From positions 21,861 to 85,860 of the forward strand of contig JAJDAZ010000039.1 of assembly GCA_029261595.1 (NCBI GenBank): a DNA stretch of 64,000 nt, in the 5' to 3' direction. This document shows, piece after piece, positions 45,214 to 54,941 of this stretch (positions are counted from its first letter, which is position 1; every line of letters begins with the position of its first letter). Source of the stretch: Nitrospinaceae bacterium. Its GTDB lineage: Bacteria; Nitrospinota; Nitrospinia; Nitrospinales; VA-1. The notes beneath the pieces were generated by a model. That model saw nothing but the letters and a program-made list of their open reading frames with translations. It searched no databases and was not told the DNA's origin. Position numbers and translations under genes: made by a program.

Positions 45214-45777
45214 CTATTTAGGGATCAGTCCCGTTTTTCTGGCGTATTCGAAAATATTTCCGGCCTCGATAATATCGATGACCTCCCCAAGCGATTTTAA
45301 TTTGTAGGACTTTCCGGATGTTTTATTGGTCAGGGTTTCGGCTTTTAGGTCGATCAGTATCGAATCTCCCGTGCTGATTTCATCCGCGATCCGCTGCTCG
45401 GATTCAAAGGGAATGAAGAACCCGCCGTCCACCGAATTCCTGTAAAAGATTCTCGCAAAGGACTCCGCCACCACCGCCTGGATGCCCGCTATTTTGAGGC
45501 ACGCCGGGGCGTGTTCGCGGGACGACCCGCAACCGAAGTTTTTTCCGCCGATGAGGATGGTGTACTGGGATTCAAACGCGCCCTCATCGACAAAGGGACG
45601 ATTGCCATCGGGCAGTCCCGCATCTTTCGGAGGAACGCCTGAAAGGGCGAACTTCCCGTAATTCTTTTTTTCTTCCGGATCGGTCAGACTGTAAACCAGA
45701 TGTTCCGCCGGGATGATCTGGTCGGTGTCGACGTCGTTGCCCAAGACATAGGCTCGTCCTTCTATTGTTTTTTTCAT
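45214..45777 (-). CDS. leuD: 3-isopropylmalate (or homoaconitate-type) dehydratase small subunit
   Basis: 187 aa with GKNFGCGSSREHAP. Follows the large subunit. Confidence 0.85.
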   Translation of the reverse strand: MKKTIEGRAYVLGNDVDTDQIIPAEHLVYSLTDPEEKKNYGKFALSGVPPKDAGLPDGNRPFVDEGAFESQYTILIGGKNFGCGSSREHAPACLKIAGIQAVVAESFARIFYRNSVDGGFFIPFESEQRIADEISTGDSILIDLKAETLTNKTSGKSYKLKSLGEVIDIIEAGNIFEYARKTGLIPK

Positions 45778-45798
45778 GGTTTGTTTTTCAAATCAGAT

Positions 45799-47103
45799 TC
45801 AATTGTTAAGAAATTCTCTCGGATCGGTGATATGCCCGGTCAAAGCCGAGGCCGCCGCAGTGTAGGGAGAAGAGAGATAGACCTGGGACTGCTTGGACCC
45901 CATTCGGCCTGGAAAATTCCGGTTGGTGGTGGAGATCACCACCTCGGTGGAATTGGCCCGCCCGAAGGTGTCCTTGGGGCCGCCCAGACACGCCGCGCAG
46001 GACGGCTCGCCCATCAACGCGCCGGCATTTTTAAAAATGTCCGCAAGCGATTCTCCGTCCATCTTGGTTTTGTAGAGGTCCTCTTCCACTTCCCGCGTGG
46101 CGGGCACGATGAAGGTGTCGATCACGACTTTTTTGCCCTTGAGCAGTTTGGCCGCCGCGATAAAGTCCGTCAGTTTGCCGCCGGTGCAGGAGCCGATATA
46201 GGACCGGTCCAGTTTGACGTCGGTGCATTCGGTCACGGCCGCTTTATTGTCCGGAGAATGCGGTTTGGCCACAATAGGCACCATGTCGTCGGCTTTGTAG
46301 GTTTTTGTGAAATAATAATTAGCGTCTGGATCGGAACGGTGAATGGTGTGCGGTTTGTCGGTCCGGTCTTTCAAATAGTCCAGAGTCACCTCATCGGCCT
46401 CGATCACCGCGTTTTTCCCGCCGGCCTCAATGGCCATGTTGCAGAGCGTCATCCTCTCTTCCATGGAAAACTTGTACACTGCGTCTCCCGCCCATTCCAT
46501 GGTGCGGTAGGTGGCTCCGTCCACACCGATGTCCCCGATCACCTGCAGGAGAATGTCCTTTGCCATGATGTAAGGCGGAAACGTGCCGGTGAATTCAAAA
46601 CGCATGGTTTCTGGAACTTTCACCCAGAGTTTTCCCGTTCCCAGAATAAACGCCGCGTCTGTGTTTCCGATCCCAGTGGAAAACATGCCGAACGCCCCGG
46701 ACGTGCAGGTGTGAGAATCGGTGCCGAATAATATTTCGCCGGGGCGATTGTGCCCCTCCTGCGCCAGCGCGATGTGGCAGACCCCTTTATAATTGTCTGT
46801 GCCCACGTCGTAATAGTAGGGAAGGTCCTGTTCCTTGACAAATTCCCTGAGGATGTCGATGTTGCGATTGGCGTGTTTGTCTGCGGTGAATACATAATGG
46901 TCCGGGATGATGACCACCTTTTCCCGGTCCCAGACCTTGGCTTGCTGGCCGAATTGTTCCTTGAAGATGCCGATGGTGCCCGGTCCGCACACATCGTGGG
47001 TCATCAGTACATCGACATCGACCCAGATATTGTCACCGGGCGTCACCGTGTCTTTTCCCGCATGGGCCGCTAATATTTTTTCCGTCACCGTCATTCCCAT
47101 CAA
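45799..47103 (-). CDS. leuC: 3-isopropylmalate (or homoaconitate-type) dehydratase large subunit
   Basis: Aconitase family with GTDSHT, IGSCTGG and CAACLGG cluster-ligand motifs. 434 aa, archaeal-type short form. Confidence 0.9.
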   Translation of the reverse strand: MMGMTVTEKILAAHAGKDTVTPGDNIWVDVDVLMTHDVCGPGTIGIFKEQFGQQAKVWDREKVVIIPDHYVFTADKHANRNIDILREFVKEQDLPYYYDVGTDNYKGVCHIALAQEGHNRPGEILFGTDSHTCTSGAFGMFSTGIGNTDAAFILGTGKLWVKVPETMRFEFTGTFPPYIMAKDILLQVIGDIGVDGATYRTMEWAGDAVYKFSMEERMTLCNMAIEAGGKNAVIEADEVTLDYLKDRTDKPHTIHRSDPDANYYFTKTYKADDMVPIVAKPHSPDNKAAVTECTDVKLDRSYIGSCTGGKLTDFIAAAKLLKGKKVVIDTFIVPATREVEEDLYKTKMDGESLADIFKNAGALMGEPSCAACLGGPKDTFGRANSTEVVISTTNRNFPGRMGSKQSQVYLSSPYTAAASALTGHITDPREFLNN

Positions 47104-47308
47104 AAAACCCCCTTCAGCCGACCCGAAACCACCGGACCGCTGTAAATTCTGCGTAATTTGTTAAAAAATAAGGTTTTCACATCGTTCTGCCAAAAGGACA
47201 GCCGATGGCTTCAGTTATTCCCTGGATCTCCCGTTAAGTATATAAAATACCATTTTATGATGCCGGTACGAACAAAATTTTAACAATTTATCCCTTTCCC
47301 CCAGTCAC

Positions 47309-48367
47309 ATGCTCAATCTAGCCCTGGACACCCTCAACCGCTTGTTTTACAGGATTCCGGCCAAACCCAGGAATGTCCAGATCGAGGTCACCAATCGCTG
47401 CAATATGGATTGCTCCATGTGTCCGAGGGAAGATCTGGAGATCGAACTGGAGCATATGGACTGGGATAAGTTTATCTCCGTGGCCGACCAGTTGCAGTCC
47501 CGTGAAAACATCACCCTGACCGGCTGGGGGGAGCCTTTTCTCCATCCCAGAATATTTGACATGATCGCCGTCTGTAAAGAACGCGGGCACAAGGTCATGA
47601 TCACCTCCAACGGATTGTTCACCAAACCCGATGTGATCGAACAGATCCTCAATTCCGGGCTGGATGTCCTGACCTTCTCCATCGATAGTGTGGAGGCCAG
47701 CGACAATGTTCCGGAGGGCCACAATAACGATTCGGTTTATAAAAATATTGAAGCGGTGGCGAGTCAGCGAAAAAAGGCGGCGCTCTCGTTACGCCTGCAA
47801 TCGACGTTGCACGCGGACGGCGAAAACGATTTGTACGATGTGATCCGCTACGCCGCAAAGATGGGATGCGAAGTGGTGAATGTGGGTCGATTGGATCGGA
47901 AATACGCACCGGACTTGAAACGCCCCAATGGGTTTGATGAAGCGCGCATATTCAATGAAGCGGATCGGATTGCCCGGTCTCAAGGCGTGCAATTGGACTG
48001 GATTCAGTATTCCGTGTCCCAGGGCATCTCAAGATGGGCTTACAAGCTGTTGCGCAAGAAACTGCATCGGTCGGGAAAATATTGTCTGAAAACGTTTGAC
48101 AACGCCTACGTCAGCCGGGAAGGCCACGTCACCCCCTGCTGTCTGTTGCCAGAGGCCAAAATGGGCAATATGCTAGATGAAAGCCTGCCGGATATCTGGA
48201 ATAGCAAGCGGTTCAACCTGTTCCGGGAAAATTACCGCGACATTTGCGGGTCTTGCGATCTGTGGACCATTGCCCAGGTGGACACTCAGGATAAATATTT
48301 TCATCCCCGCCAAGATGCCTTGCCTGAAGCGAGCCATCCACCCCTCCCAAAAGAAGTAGAGGTTTAG
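47309..48367 (+). CDS. Radical SAM / SPASM-domain protein
   Basis: CNMDCSMC (Cx3Cx2C) at residues ~31-38. The C-terminal Cys cluster CLKTF...TPCCLLP...CGSCDLW is typical of SPASM. Confidence 0.85.
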   Translation: MLNLALDTLNRLFYRIPAKPRNVQIEVTNRCNMDCSMCPREDLEIELEHMDWDKFISVADQLQSRENITLTGWGEPFLHPRIFDMIAVCKERGHKVMITSNGLFTKPDVIEQILNSGLDVLTFSIDSVEASDNVPEGHNNDSVYKNIEAVASQRKKAALSLRLQSTLHADGENDLYDVIRYAAKMGCEVVNVGRLDRKYAPDLKRPNGFDEARIFNEADRIARSQGVQLDWIQYSVSQGISRWAYKLLRKKLHRSGKYCLKTFDNAYVSREGHVTPCCLLPEAKMGNMLDESLPDIWNSKRFNLFRENYRDICGSCDLWTIAQVDTQDKYFHPRQDALPEASHPPLPKEVEV

Positions 48368-48445
48368 CGCAAACGTTCGATTCTTAACCAGAAAAAATTT
48401 ACGGCGTGAGATAAACCCAGGAAAGTTTAAATCTTTAGGAAAGAT

Positions 48446-49885
48446 TTATTCAAGATTCTTCGACTTTAATTTTTTCAGTTGTTCTTCGGCTTGTTTAAAA
48501 CGCATCCATTGACCGATTTGCCCCCCCAGGTGAGTCATAAACTGAGTATGACGGGTATCAGCCAGGCAATGTTGGCGGGTGAATATTTCGATCACCCCTG
48601 TAAATTCACCATTAGAAAAAATGGGGAAACCGAATCCGGCCCGCATGCCCAGTTTATCGGCGAAGGGGGCTCTTGGAAAATTTTTATCGGTACGTACATC
48701 AGGAATCCAGGAGGGCCATAAATTTCCCCAGACCCGTCCGGGCAACCCCATGCCTTTTTTAAAGGCTTTTTCAAACGAAATTTTTTTGAATTCTTTTAAG
48801 GCCTCATTGTTATTTAAACAGTCGGCATTCCAGGCATAACGACAATGAAGCTCTTCCGTTTTCTGATTTTTCTCCCAGTAATAACTTATTTCCCAGTCCA
48901 TGTACTCCCCCAACACTTGCAGAATTTTAGGAAGCGTTTTTCCTAACGACTTGCCGTTTAAGAAGATCCGGGTCAATTCATATTGCAGGAGTTGTTGAAC
49001 CTCCGCTTTCTTGCGCTCGGTGATGTCGCGAATGACTCCGGTGAACATGCGGGTTTCACCCAGGTACATCTCGCTGATTCCCACGTCAATCGGAAAAGTA
49101 GAACCGTCTTTCCGCAACCCCATCGCTTCCCGCCCAATGCCTATAATCTTTGAAACCCCGGTTTCAAGATAGCTTTTCAAACCCTGCTCGTGGGCGCTTC
49201 GGAAGCTTTCCGGGATCAACCCGGTTACATTTTTCCCCAATAATTCGGATGGTTTGTAACCAAAAAGTTTTTCCGCCGCAGGGTTGAAGGATTTGATGAT
49301 TCCTTGTTCATCGATCGTGATGATGCCATCAAGGGCATTATTCAGGACGGCATTTGCACGGTTTTCACTGTCACGCAGGGCTTGCTCTACTCTTTTGCGT
49401 TCTGTGATATCCTGAAAGGTAACCACCGCACCCACCAGTTCCCCCTTTTCTCGGATGGGAGTGCTGATAAACTCGACCGGAAAACTGGTTCCGCCTTTTC
49501 TCCAGAACACATCTTCAAATTCTCGATATTCCCTGCCATCATTAAATGCGGCACAAATATGGCAATCTTCACGAGGAAAAGGTGATTCATCCGCTGTGAA
49601 ATGATGGATGATGCCATGTTGTGGTTTGCCAAGGAGTTCTACTTCAGAATAGCCCAACATTTTTTCCGCAGCGGGATTGGCAAAGGTCGTATTTCCTTCC
49701 AAATCCAGGCCATAGATTCCTTCTCCCACGGAATTCAGGATCAGTTCTCTTTGCCGGGTGGCTTGCATCAGTTGTTCTTCAGCCTGTTCTCTTTCCTGGG
49801 CCAACCTTATGTTTTCCTTGGCCAAATCCATGGCTTTTTGGAAAATGTCGGGTTCTGGTTGAGTTTCAGTTTCCAGTTTCATCAA
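48446..49885 (-). CDS. PAS-PAS-GAF sensor protein without a recognisable output domain
   Basis: N-terminal coiled-coil and two PAS S-boxes (ILNSVGEGIYGLD..., VLNNALDGIITID...). A C-terminal GAF-like region follows. Confidence 0.75.
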   Translation of the reverse strand: MMKLETETQPEPDIFQKAMDLAKENIRLAQEREQAEEQLMQATRQRELILNSVGEGIYGLDLEGNTTFANPAAEKMLGYSEVELLGKPQHGIIHHFTADESPFPREDCHICAAFNDGREYREFEDVFWRKGGTSFPVEFISTPIREKGELVGAVVTFQDITERKRVEQALRDSENRANAVLNNALDGIITIDEQGIIKSFNPAAEKLFGYKPSELLGKNVTGLIPESFRSAHEQGLKSYLETGVSKIIGIGREAMGLRKDGSTFPIDVGISEMYLGETRMFTGVIRDITERKKAEVQQLLQYELTRIFLNGKSLGKTLPKILQVLGEYMDWEISYYWEKNQKTEELHCRYAWNADCLNNNEALKEFKKISFEKAFKKGMGLPGRVWGNLWPSWIPDVRTDKNFPRAPFADKLGMRAGFGFPIFSNGEFTGVIEIFTRQHCLADTRHTQFMTHLGGQIGQWMRFKQAEEQLKKLKSKNLE

Positions 49886-50372
49886 TGATCCGGTTGTTGG
49901 GGGGAACCAAGGGTTTAGGGGCCATAATTTTTATATGCAGGTCTATTAATCAAAGCAATAATCTTGCCAAAACTGGCCAAAAAACTGAATATACGGAATT
50001 ACAATGGTTTTGCCTTGCGTGCGTGATTAGATTTTCAGGGAGGTTATAGGATTACATACACCGAGGTCAAAATTAGCCGAATTTTGTCAGGCGGTTTGGC
50101 AGACTCCGACCCCTCATTGTGCGATGCATCCCCCTGATGTTATTTGATTGCAAGAATTTGATGTATATTGTAGCTTACGCACGATCCGGAAAGGATTGAG
50201 TTCACAGGCCTAAAACCATCTTCCACACCGACCGGGCCGGATGCAATTTTTGTGCAGTAAAAATAGATTGGTGGAAAGTTATCAGCAAGCATTCTGCACA
50301 AGGCAGAATCTCATCCGCCAAAACCCTATGAACATTAGCCATTGATCCAGCTCACGGGCTGGTGGAAAAAGA

Positions 50373-51824
50373 ATGCGGGAAACCGAAGAAACACCCCAGA
50401 TCACCATTGACCGCCGACCCCTGTGGATTGTCATATTCGATCGAATGCGGCGGCCCATATTTCTGACAGCCTTTTTTGCGATTTTTTTGATCCTGCTGAA
50501 TCAGGACGGACCTGCGGATCTTTCCCCCCAGGGATATAAAGTCCTGTGCGTTTTTTTCCTGTGCGTGAGCCTTTGGGCCACCAACCTCATTCCACTGTCG
50601 ATCACCAGCCTTCTGGCCATCGCTTTGATTCCGTTGCTTGGGATCATGGATGCTTCCAAGGCCTATTCATTTTTCGGAAACAAAGCGGTTTTCTTCATCC
50701 TGGGGATTTTTATTTTGTCCGCCGCAATGATCGGTTCGGGGCTGAGCGGCCGGCTCTCCATGTGGGTGATGAAGCATTTTGGTAAATCTCCGAAAACACT
50801 GGTCTCGTCGATATATTTTTTCGGGGCGTTTCTTTCCTGTTTCATGTCCGAACACGCGGTCGCGTCCATGATGTTTCCCATCCTGATCGAGATCGTCAAT
50901 GCGCTTAAATTGAAGAAAGGGGAATCGGTTTTCGCCAAGGCCCTGTTTTTCTCGATGGCCTGGGGATGCATCATCGGCGGAGCCATGACGGTTCTTGGGG
51001 GAGGGCGGGTTCCGTTGGCGGTGGAAATTCTTGAAAAAGTGACCCAGGGCGCAAGTTCCATCGGCATTCTGGAATACACCTATTTCAGTTTTCCGCTGGT
51101 CCTGTTATTGCTGGGCTCCGGGTGGCTGGTTCTGCTCGTCATGTTTCCGTCCGATCTCGATGACATTCAACCGGCGCGAAAAATCATCATGGAAAAATCC
51201 CAGACAATGGGTGCGATCTCGTTCCAGGAGAAAGGCATTGCCCTGGTGATGGCGCTCACCATTTTTACCTGGTTCGGTTACGGCGATTCGCTTGGCATCG
51301 CCAACATCGCGATCATTTCCCTGGTCCTTTTGTTTTCTTTCAACCTCATCAACTGGAAGCTGGTCGAACCGCATATCAACTGGGCCATCATATTGATGTA
51401 CGGAGGCGCCATTTGTCTGGGCGAGGTCATGGCCACCTCCGGTGCCGCGCTATGGCTGTCGCAAGCCATATTTTCAGGGACAGTGCAATCGGCGACCTTG
51501 TTCCTGGTTTCCATAGCCGTCTTATCCCTGCTGTTCACCACGTTCATGAGCAACTCGGCGGTGATCGCGATTCTTCTGCCGCCTGCGATCAGCATGTGCG
51601 GAGCCTATGGGATCAGTCCCGCACTTGCCACCTTGACGGTGATATTGCCCAGTAACTTTGCGTTCATCCTGCCCATCGCCACGCCTGCCTCGGCACTGGC
51701 TTATTCGGCGCGGTATTTCAGTCTGGGAGAAATGGTGCGAGCCGGGACCCTGCTCAGTCTGCTGGGGATGGGTTGTTACCTTTTTTTATTGTATTTTTAC
51801 TGGCCCTTGATCGGTTTTAAGTAA
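50373..51824 (+). CDS. DASS/SLC13 (ArsB/NhaD-superfamily) anion transporter
   Basis: 483 aa with ~12-14 hydrophobic segments and an inverted-repeat topology, with SNSA(V) hairpin-tip motifs. Confidence 0.7.
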   Translation: MRETEETPQITIDRRPLWIVIFDRMRRPIFLTAFFAIFLILLNQDGPADLSPQGYKVLCVFFLCVSLWATNLIPLSITSLLAIALIPLLGIMDASKAYSFFGNKAVFFILGIFILSAAMIGSGLSGRLSMWVMKHFGKSPKTLVSSIYFFGAFLSCFMSEHAVASMMFPILIEIVNALKLKKGESVFAKALFFSMAWGCIIGGAMTVLGGGRVPLAVEILEKVTQGASSIGILEYTYFSFPLVLLLLGSGWLVLLVMFPSDLDDIQPARKIIMEKSQTMGAISFQEKGIALVMALTIFTWFGYGDSLGIANIAIISLVLLFSFNLINWKLVEPHINWAIILMYGGAICLGEVMATSGAALWLSQAIFSGTVQSATLFLVSIAVLSLLFTTFMSNSAVIAILLPPAISMCGAYGISPALATLTVILPSNFAFILPIATPASALAYSARYFSLGEMVRAGTLLSLLGMGCYLFLLYFYWPLIGFK

Positions 51825-51853
51825 GAGAGGGCGGCTTGCAAAAAAGAGGCAGG

Positions 51854-51889
51854 CTCAGGGCGATTCGTGAGGGGACGCACCGCCCTGAG
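51854..51889. other. 9-bp GC-rich hairpin downstream of the transporter gene
   Basis: CTCAGGGCG-N18-CGCCCTGAG. A second perfect 8-bp hairpin, GGGGAAAA-N10-TTTTCCCC, lies at 51904-51929. Confidence 0.5.
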
Positions 51890-52151
51890 TGCACTGAGGG
51901 ATTGGGGAAAACCTTTCCGAATTTTCCCCAGGTTGCATGACATTTGGATATTGTATAGGGAGCAAGTTTTGTGCCGGGTGGGGCCCATCTTTTCAGGGTC
52001 CTGAGAAGTGAGGGGATTTCAAAGCCATCCCCCGGACTAAAAATTTGAGAAACCCGGGCGCCCTGAAAATTGGGGTACTAATGTTTAAAACACCTGTCTG
52101 GTATATTAAACACGCCGATCCTCCCAACGAATAAGAGGCCCTTTTTCAATC

Positions 52152-52496
52152 ATGAGACAAGCAAACGTTCTGGAAATTCAGCCTTTAGTGTTAAAGCAAC
52201 GCTTGGACGACGGGGAAGACATCTGTCTGGTGGATGTGCGGGAAGACTGGGAACATTCGCTTGCGTCTCTTCCCGGTTCCACGCATATTCCCCTGGGAGA
52301 ACTGGTGGACCGGGTGCAGGAACTTCTTTTCGAGGAAAATATCGTGGTGTACTGCCACGTAGGAGAAAGGTCTTATAGGGGCGCGATGATATTGATGGAG
52401 TCGGGATTCAAAAACGTGCACAACCTGATAGGCGGCATCGACGGCTGGTCGCAGGTCGTGGACGCCTCGGTTCCGAGGTACCGGGCTGGGGGGTGA
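52152..52496 (+). CDS. Rhodanese-domain sulfurtransferase
   Basis: 114 aa with the active-site loop VVYCHVGERSYRG. Confidence 0.85.
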   Translation: MRQANVLEIQPLVLKQRLDDGEDICLVDVREDWEHSLASLPGSTHIPLGELVDRVQELLFEENIVVYCHVGERSYRGAMILMESGFKNVHNLIGGIDGWSQVVDASVPRYRAGG

Positions 52497-52500
52497 ATTG

Positions 52501-53976
52501 TTAATTTGTTTTCCCCTCAATCCTCTCAAGCAACACGTCACGCATGGCCTTAGCGGGCGCATCTTTTCCAGTCCACATTTCAAACTGACCAACCGCCTGA
52601 TTGATGAACAACTCCACGCCGGAGATGACCGTGCAACCGGCGGCCCTGGCTTCTTTTAGGAGACGGGTTTCCGGTGGGTTGTATACGGAGTCAAACACCA
52701 CCATCCCCGGTTTTAAATTTCCATTGGAGATGGGTGTTTTATCAGCGTGGGGGCTCATGCCGACTGGCGAGCAGTTGATCAAAATATCAAATTCGTGGTC
52801 GCCGATATCGCGGATGCTGGCCAACTGACAATTTAGTTCTTCCGCCAGTTTTTCGCCGCGTTCTTTATTCCGGTTATAGGTGACGGTGAGTTTCGCTCCC
52901 TTTTCGGTCACGCCATAGCCGATGGCTTTGGCGGTTCCTCCGGAGCCAATAATAAGGACATTTTTGTCTTTTAAATTCACCTCGGCCTCCAGAGCTTTGA
53001 TGGCTCCCGAACAATCCGTGTTGGCTCCCTTCCAGCCATTTTCCTCTTTGACCACGGTGTTCACCGCGCCGATTTTTTGGGCAGTTTCGTCGACCGCGTT
53101 CATCAGGCGAAGGATTTTTTCCTTATGTGGCATGGTGACGCTGAGTCCTGCGAAAAAATCTTTGAACTCGTTAAAAAACTTTTCCACATTATTTACCAGA
53201 AACGACACATAAATATCGGGCGATCCGATTTCCTGAAAGGCGCGGTTGTGAATCAGGTAACCCATGCTTTTGGAGATGGGGTTGCCGATGACTCCGTAAA
53301 TTTTGAAATTTTCTCTGGCCTGGTCCACACGGTAAATATTTTTCAGGGTGCTTCCCAGAATCTGCCCCGGCGCGCTTTCCTTGCCGCTTTCTAAAGCGCC
53401 AAAGGTTAGAAAACCTCCCAACAGGGGGGACAGAACGCGGCTGATTTCGCCATACTCACCCATGCAAAGGCCGATTAATTTCCGGCCTTCCTTTTTAGCC
53501 CGTTTGAGCAATTTGAATATTTTCAAATTGTCGCTGATATCCTGGGCGTAGGTGACGATTTTTAAAATATCTCCCGGCAGTTCGCACATGATCTCATAAA
53601 GAGGCTCCAGATCCTCCATCGTGTTGCTGAAATTGTGGTAGGAGAGGATGACCTTGGTTTTGCCTTTATTGTCCAGAATGGATTTTAACAGCTCTCTGGG
53701 AGTGGACGTTTCGATATCGATGTAATCCGCTCCCGCCGCAATCGCCTGGCGCAGGATCTGGACTCTATCTTCCTCCGCGCCCTTGAACTGGCCCCCCTCA
53801 GTTTTGGTCCGGTTGGTCACGATCAAGGGCAGGGCGGTCGCCTCCAGAAGCGCCGACAACTCGAAATTGGCGATCAGATCGAGGCGGAGTTCAATGATGT
53901 CGGCGATTGTTTCCGCCGCAGAAATGTCCTGCAAGGCCTTTTCCATGGAAGGGCCGACAATGGGTATACAAATCAT
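52501..53976 (-). CDS. aroDE: Bifunctional type I 3-dehydroquinate dehydratase / shikimate 5-dehydrogenase
   Basis: N-terminal AroD (ICIPIVG...IIELRLD...ILSYHNF). C-terminal AroE (IYGVIGNPISKSMGYLIHN, NTVV, IIGSGGTAKA). Confidence 0.85.
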   Translation of the reverse strand: MICIPIVGPSMEKALQDISAAETIADIIELRLDLIANFELSALLEATALPLIVTNRTKTEGGQFKGAEEDRVQILRQAIAAGADYIDIETSTPRELLKSILDNKGKTKVILSYHNFSNTMEDLEPLYEIMCELPGDILKIVTYAQDISDNLKIFKLLKRAKKEGRKLIGLCMGEYGEISRVLSPLLGGFLTFGALESGKESAPGQILGSTLKNIYRVDQARENFKIYGVIGNPISKSMGYLIHNRAFQEIGSPDIYVSFLVNNVEKFFNEFKDFFAGLSVTMPHKEKILRLMNAVDETAQKIGAVNTVVKEENGWKGANTDCSGAIKALEAEVNLKDKNVLIIGSGGTAKAIGYGVTEKGAKLTVTYNRNKERGEKLAEELNCQLASIRDIGDHEFDILINCSPVGMSPHADKTPISNGNLKPGMVVFDSVYNPPETRLLKEARAAGCTVISGVELFINQAVGQFEMWTGKDAPAKAMRDVLLERIEGKTN

Positions 53977-54270
53977 AATTTAATAAAATGGGTAGAGGAT
54001 GAATGAAAGCTTAAATCTTGTGATACTGCCAGGCTCCATTTTTGAGAGAATCGTGGGCGATGTCAAGACCTTTGAACCCCCGCTTGCCGCTGGACTCTGG
54101 GTTGACGGGCGGTGGAGGATGGCTGAAGGAAGCTTTCGGGCCCGTGAATGGATTTGGGGCACGATATTAAGGAGAGAATTCCAGAGAGGCCTGACGGCAG
54201 AAGAAAGGCATATCCCAACCGTGAGTCCCATCTTCCCTCCCCGTCTTTGGGGTCTCCCCTGGTCGTTTAC

Positions 54271-54471
54271 CTATGATGCCGTTGTGGAAGGAGCCGGTGG
54301 CTGGGAACCCTTGCTGTCCAGCAATGATTGCCGGGCGGATGCGGATATGCTCACCCGGTCTTCCTGTCCCTGAACACTTTTGGATTGGTGTTTCTGGTTC
54401 AGTTCCGCGATCCGGTCCTGGTTATGGTAGACCTTCGAGGCTTTCGCGATTCCAATGATTGAAAAATCCAT
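54271..54471 (-). CDS. Short FlgM-like protein (uncertain)
   Basis: 66 aa, polar, with the string DRVSISASARQ that resembles the FlgM central motif. The sigma-28-binding C-terminal helices appear absent. Last gene of the fliD-like operon. Confidence 0.3.
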   Translation of the reverse strand: MDFSIIGIAKASKVYHNQDRIAELNQKHQSKSVQGQEDRVSISASARQSLLDSKGSQPPAPSTTAS

Positions 54472-54494
54472 AGAAATATTTAGACTCTTAAAAA

Positions 54495-54941
54495 TTAAAC
54501 GCTCTTTGAAATTTTCGGTTTGACCCGATTAGACTTTCCGTACCCTTTCAGCAGGCTTCTATTTTGCTTGAGATCGAGGATTTTGTCCTGGACGATAAAT
54601 TTTCTCGCCTTCAGTTCCACCTGGCAGTTATTTTCCATATCAATGATTTGCGCCAAAACAGACTCTATTTCCATTTTCAATTGTCCCGCCTGTTTTCCGA
54701 CTTCGGCCAAACTTTCTCTGGAAAGCGGGGCCAGAGCCTCTTTCAGCTGGACCTCGTTATTCCCGGCTGTTTTGAGGAGGCGGTCCTTATTCTCGATGAC
54801 TGCATCCAGCCTTTTTTCATCTTCCTGCTCGATGGCCAGCAACTGCTCCTTTTGCAAATCCAGAATCTGGTCATAGCAGTCTTTTTCAATTCGCAACAAC
54901 TTCAGGATGGATGCTTTCGGATCGTTGTTTTTCAAATTCAT
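54495..54941 (-). CDS. FlgN-family flagellar export chaperone-like protein
   Basis: 148 aa, all-helical, with the FlgN-like pattern LLRIEKDCYDQILDLQKEQLLAIEQEDEKRLDAVIENKDRLL. ATGA overlap with the upstream gene. Confidence 0.55.
   Translation of the reverse strand: MNLKNNDPKASILKLLRIEKDCYDQILDLQKEQLLAIEQEDEKRLDAVIENKDRLLKTAGNNEVQLKEALAPLSRESLAEVGKQAGQLKMEIESVLAQIIDMENNCQVELKARKFIVQDKILDLKQNRSLLKGYGKSNRVKPKISKSV

Noticed and set aside
47205-47237. 10-codon ORF (MASVIPWISR) with an AAGGA SD upstream of the radical SAM/SPASM gene, as a possible RiPP precursor
   Set aside because: It is too short, has no Cys/Ser/Thr-rich core and no leader-like region. It lies in the leuC/rSAM divergent promoter region, where such ORFs arise by chance.
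54271-54471. Frameshifted full-length flgM
   Set aside because: I translated the downstream 290 nt in all minus frames and found no FlgM C-terminal helices. The gene is therefore either a genuinely short FlgM-like protein or not FlgM at all. It is kept as a low-confidence CDS.
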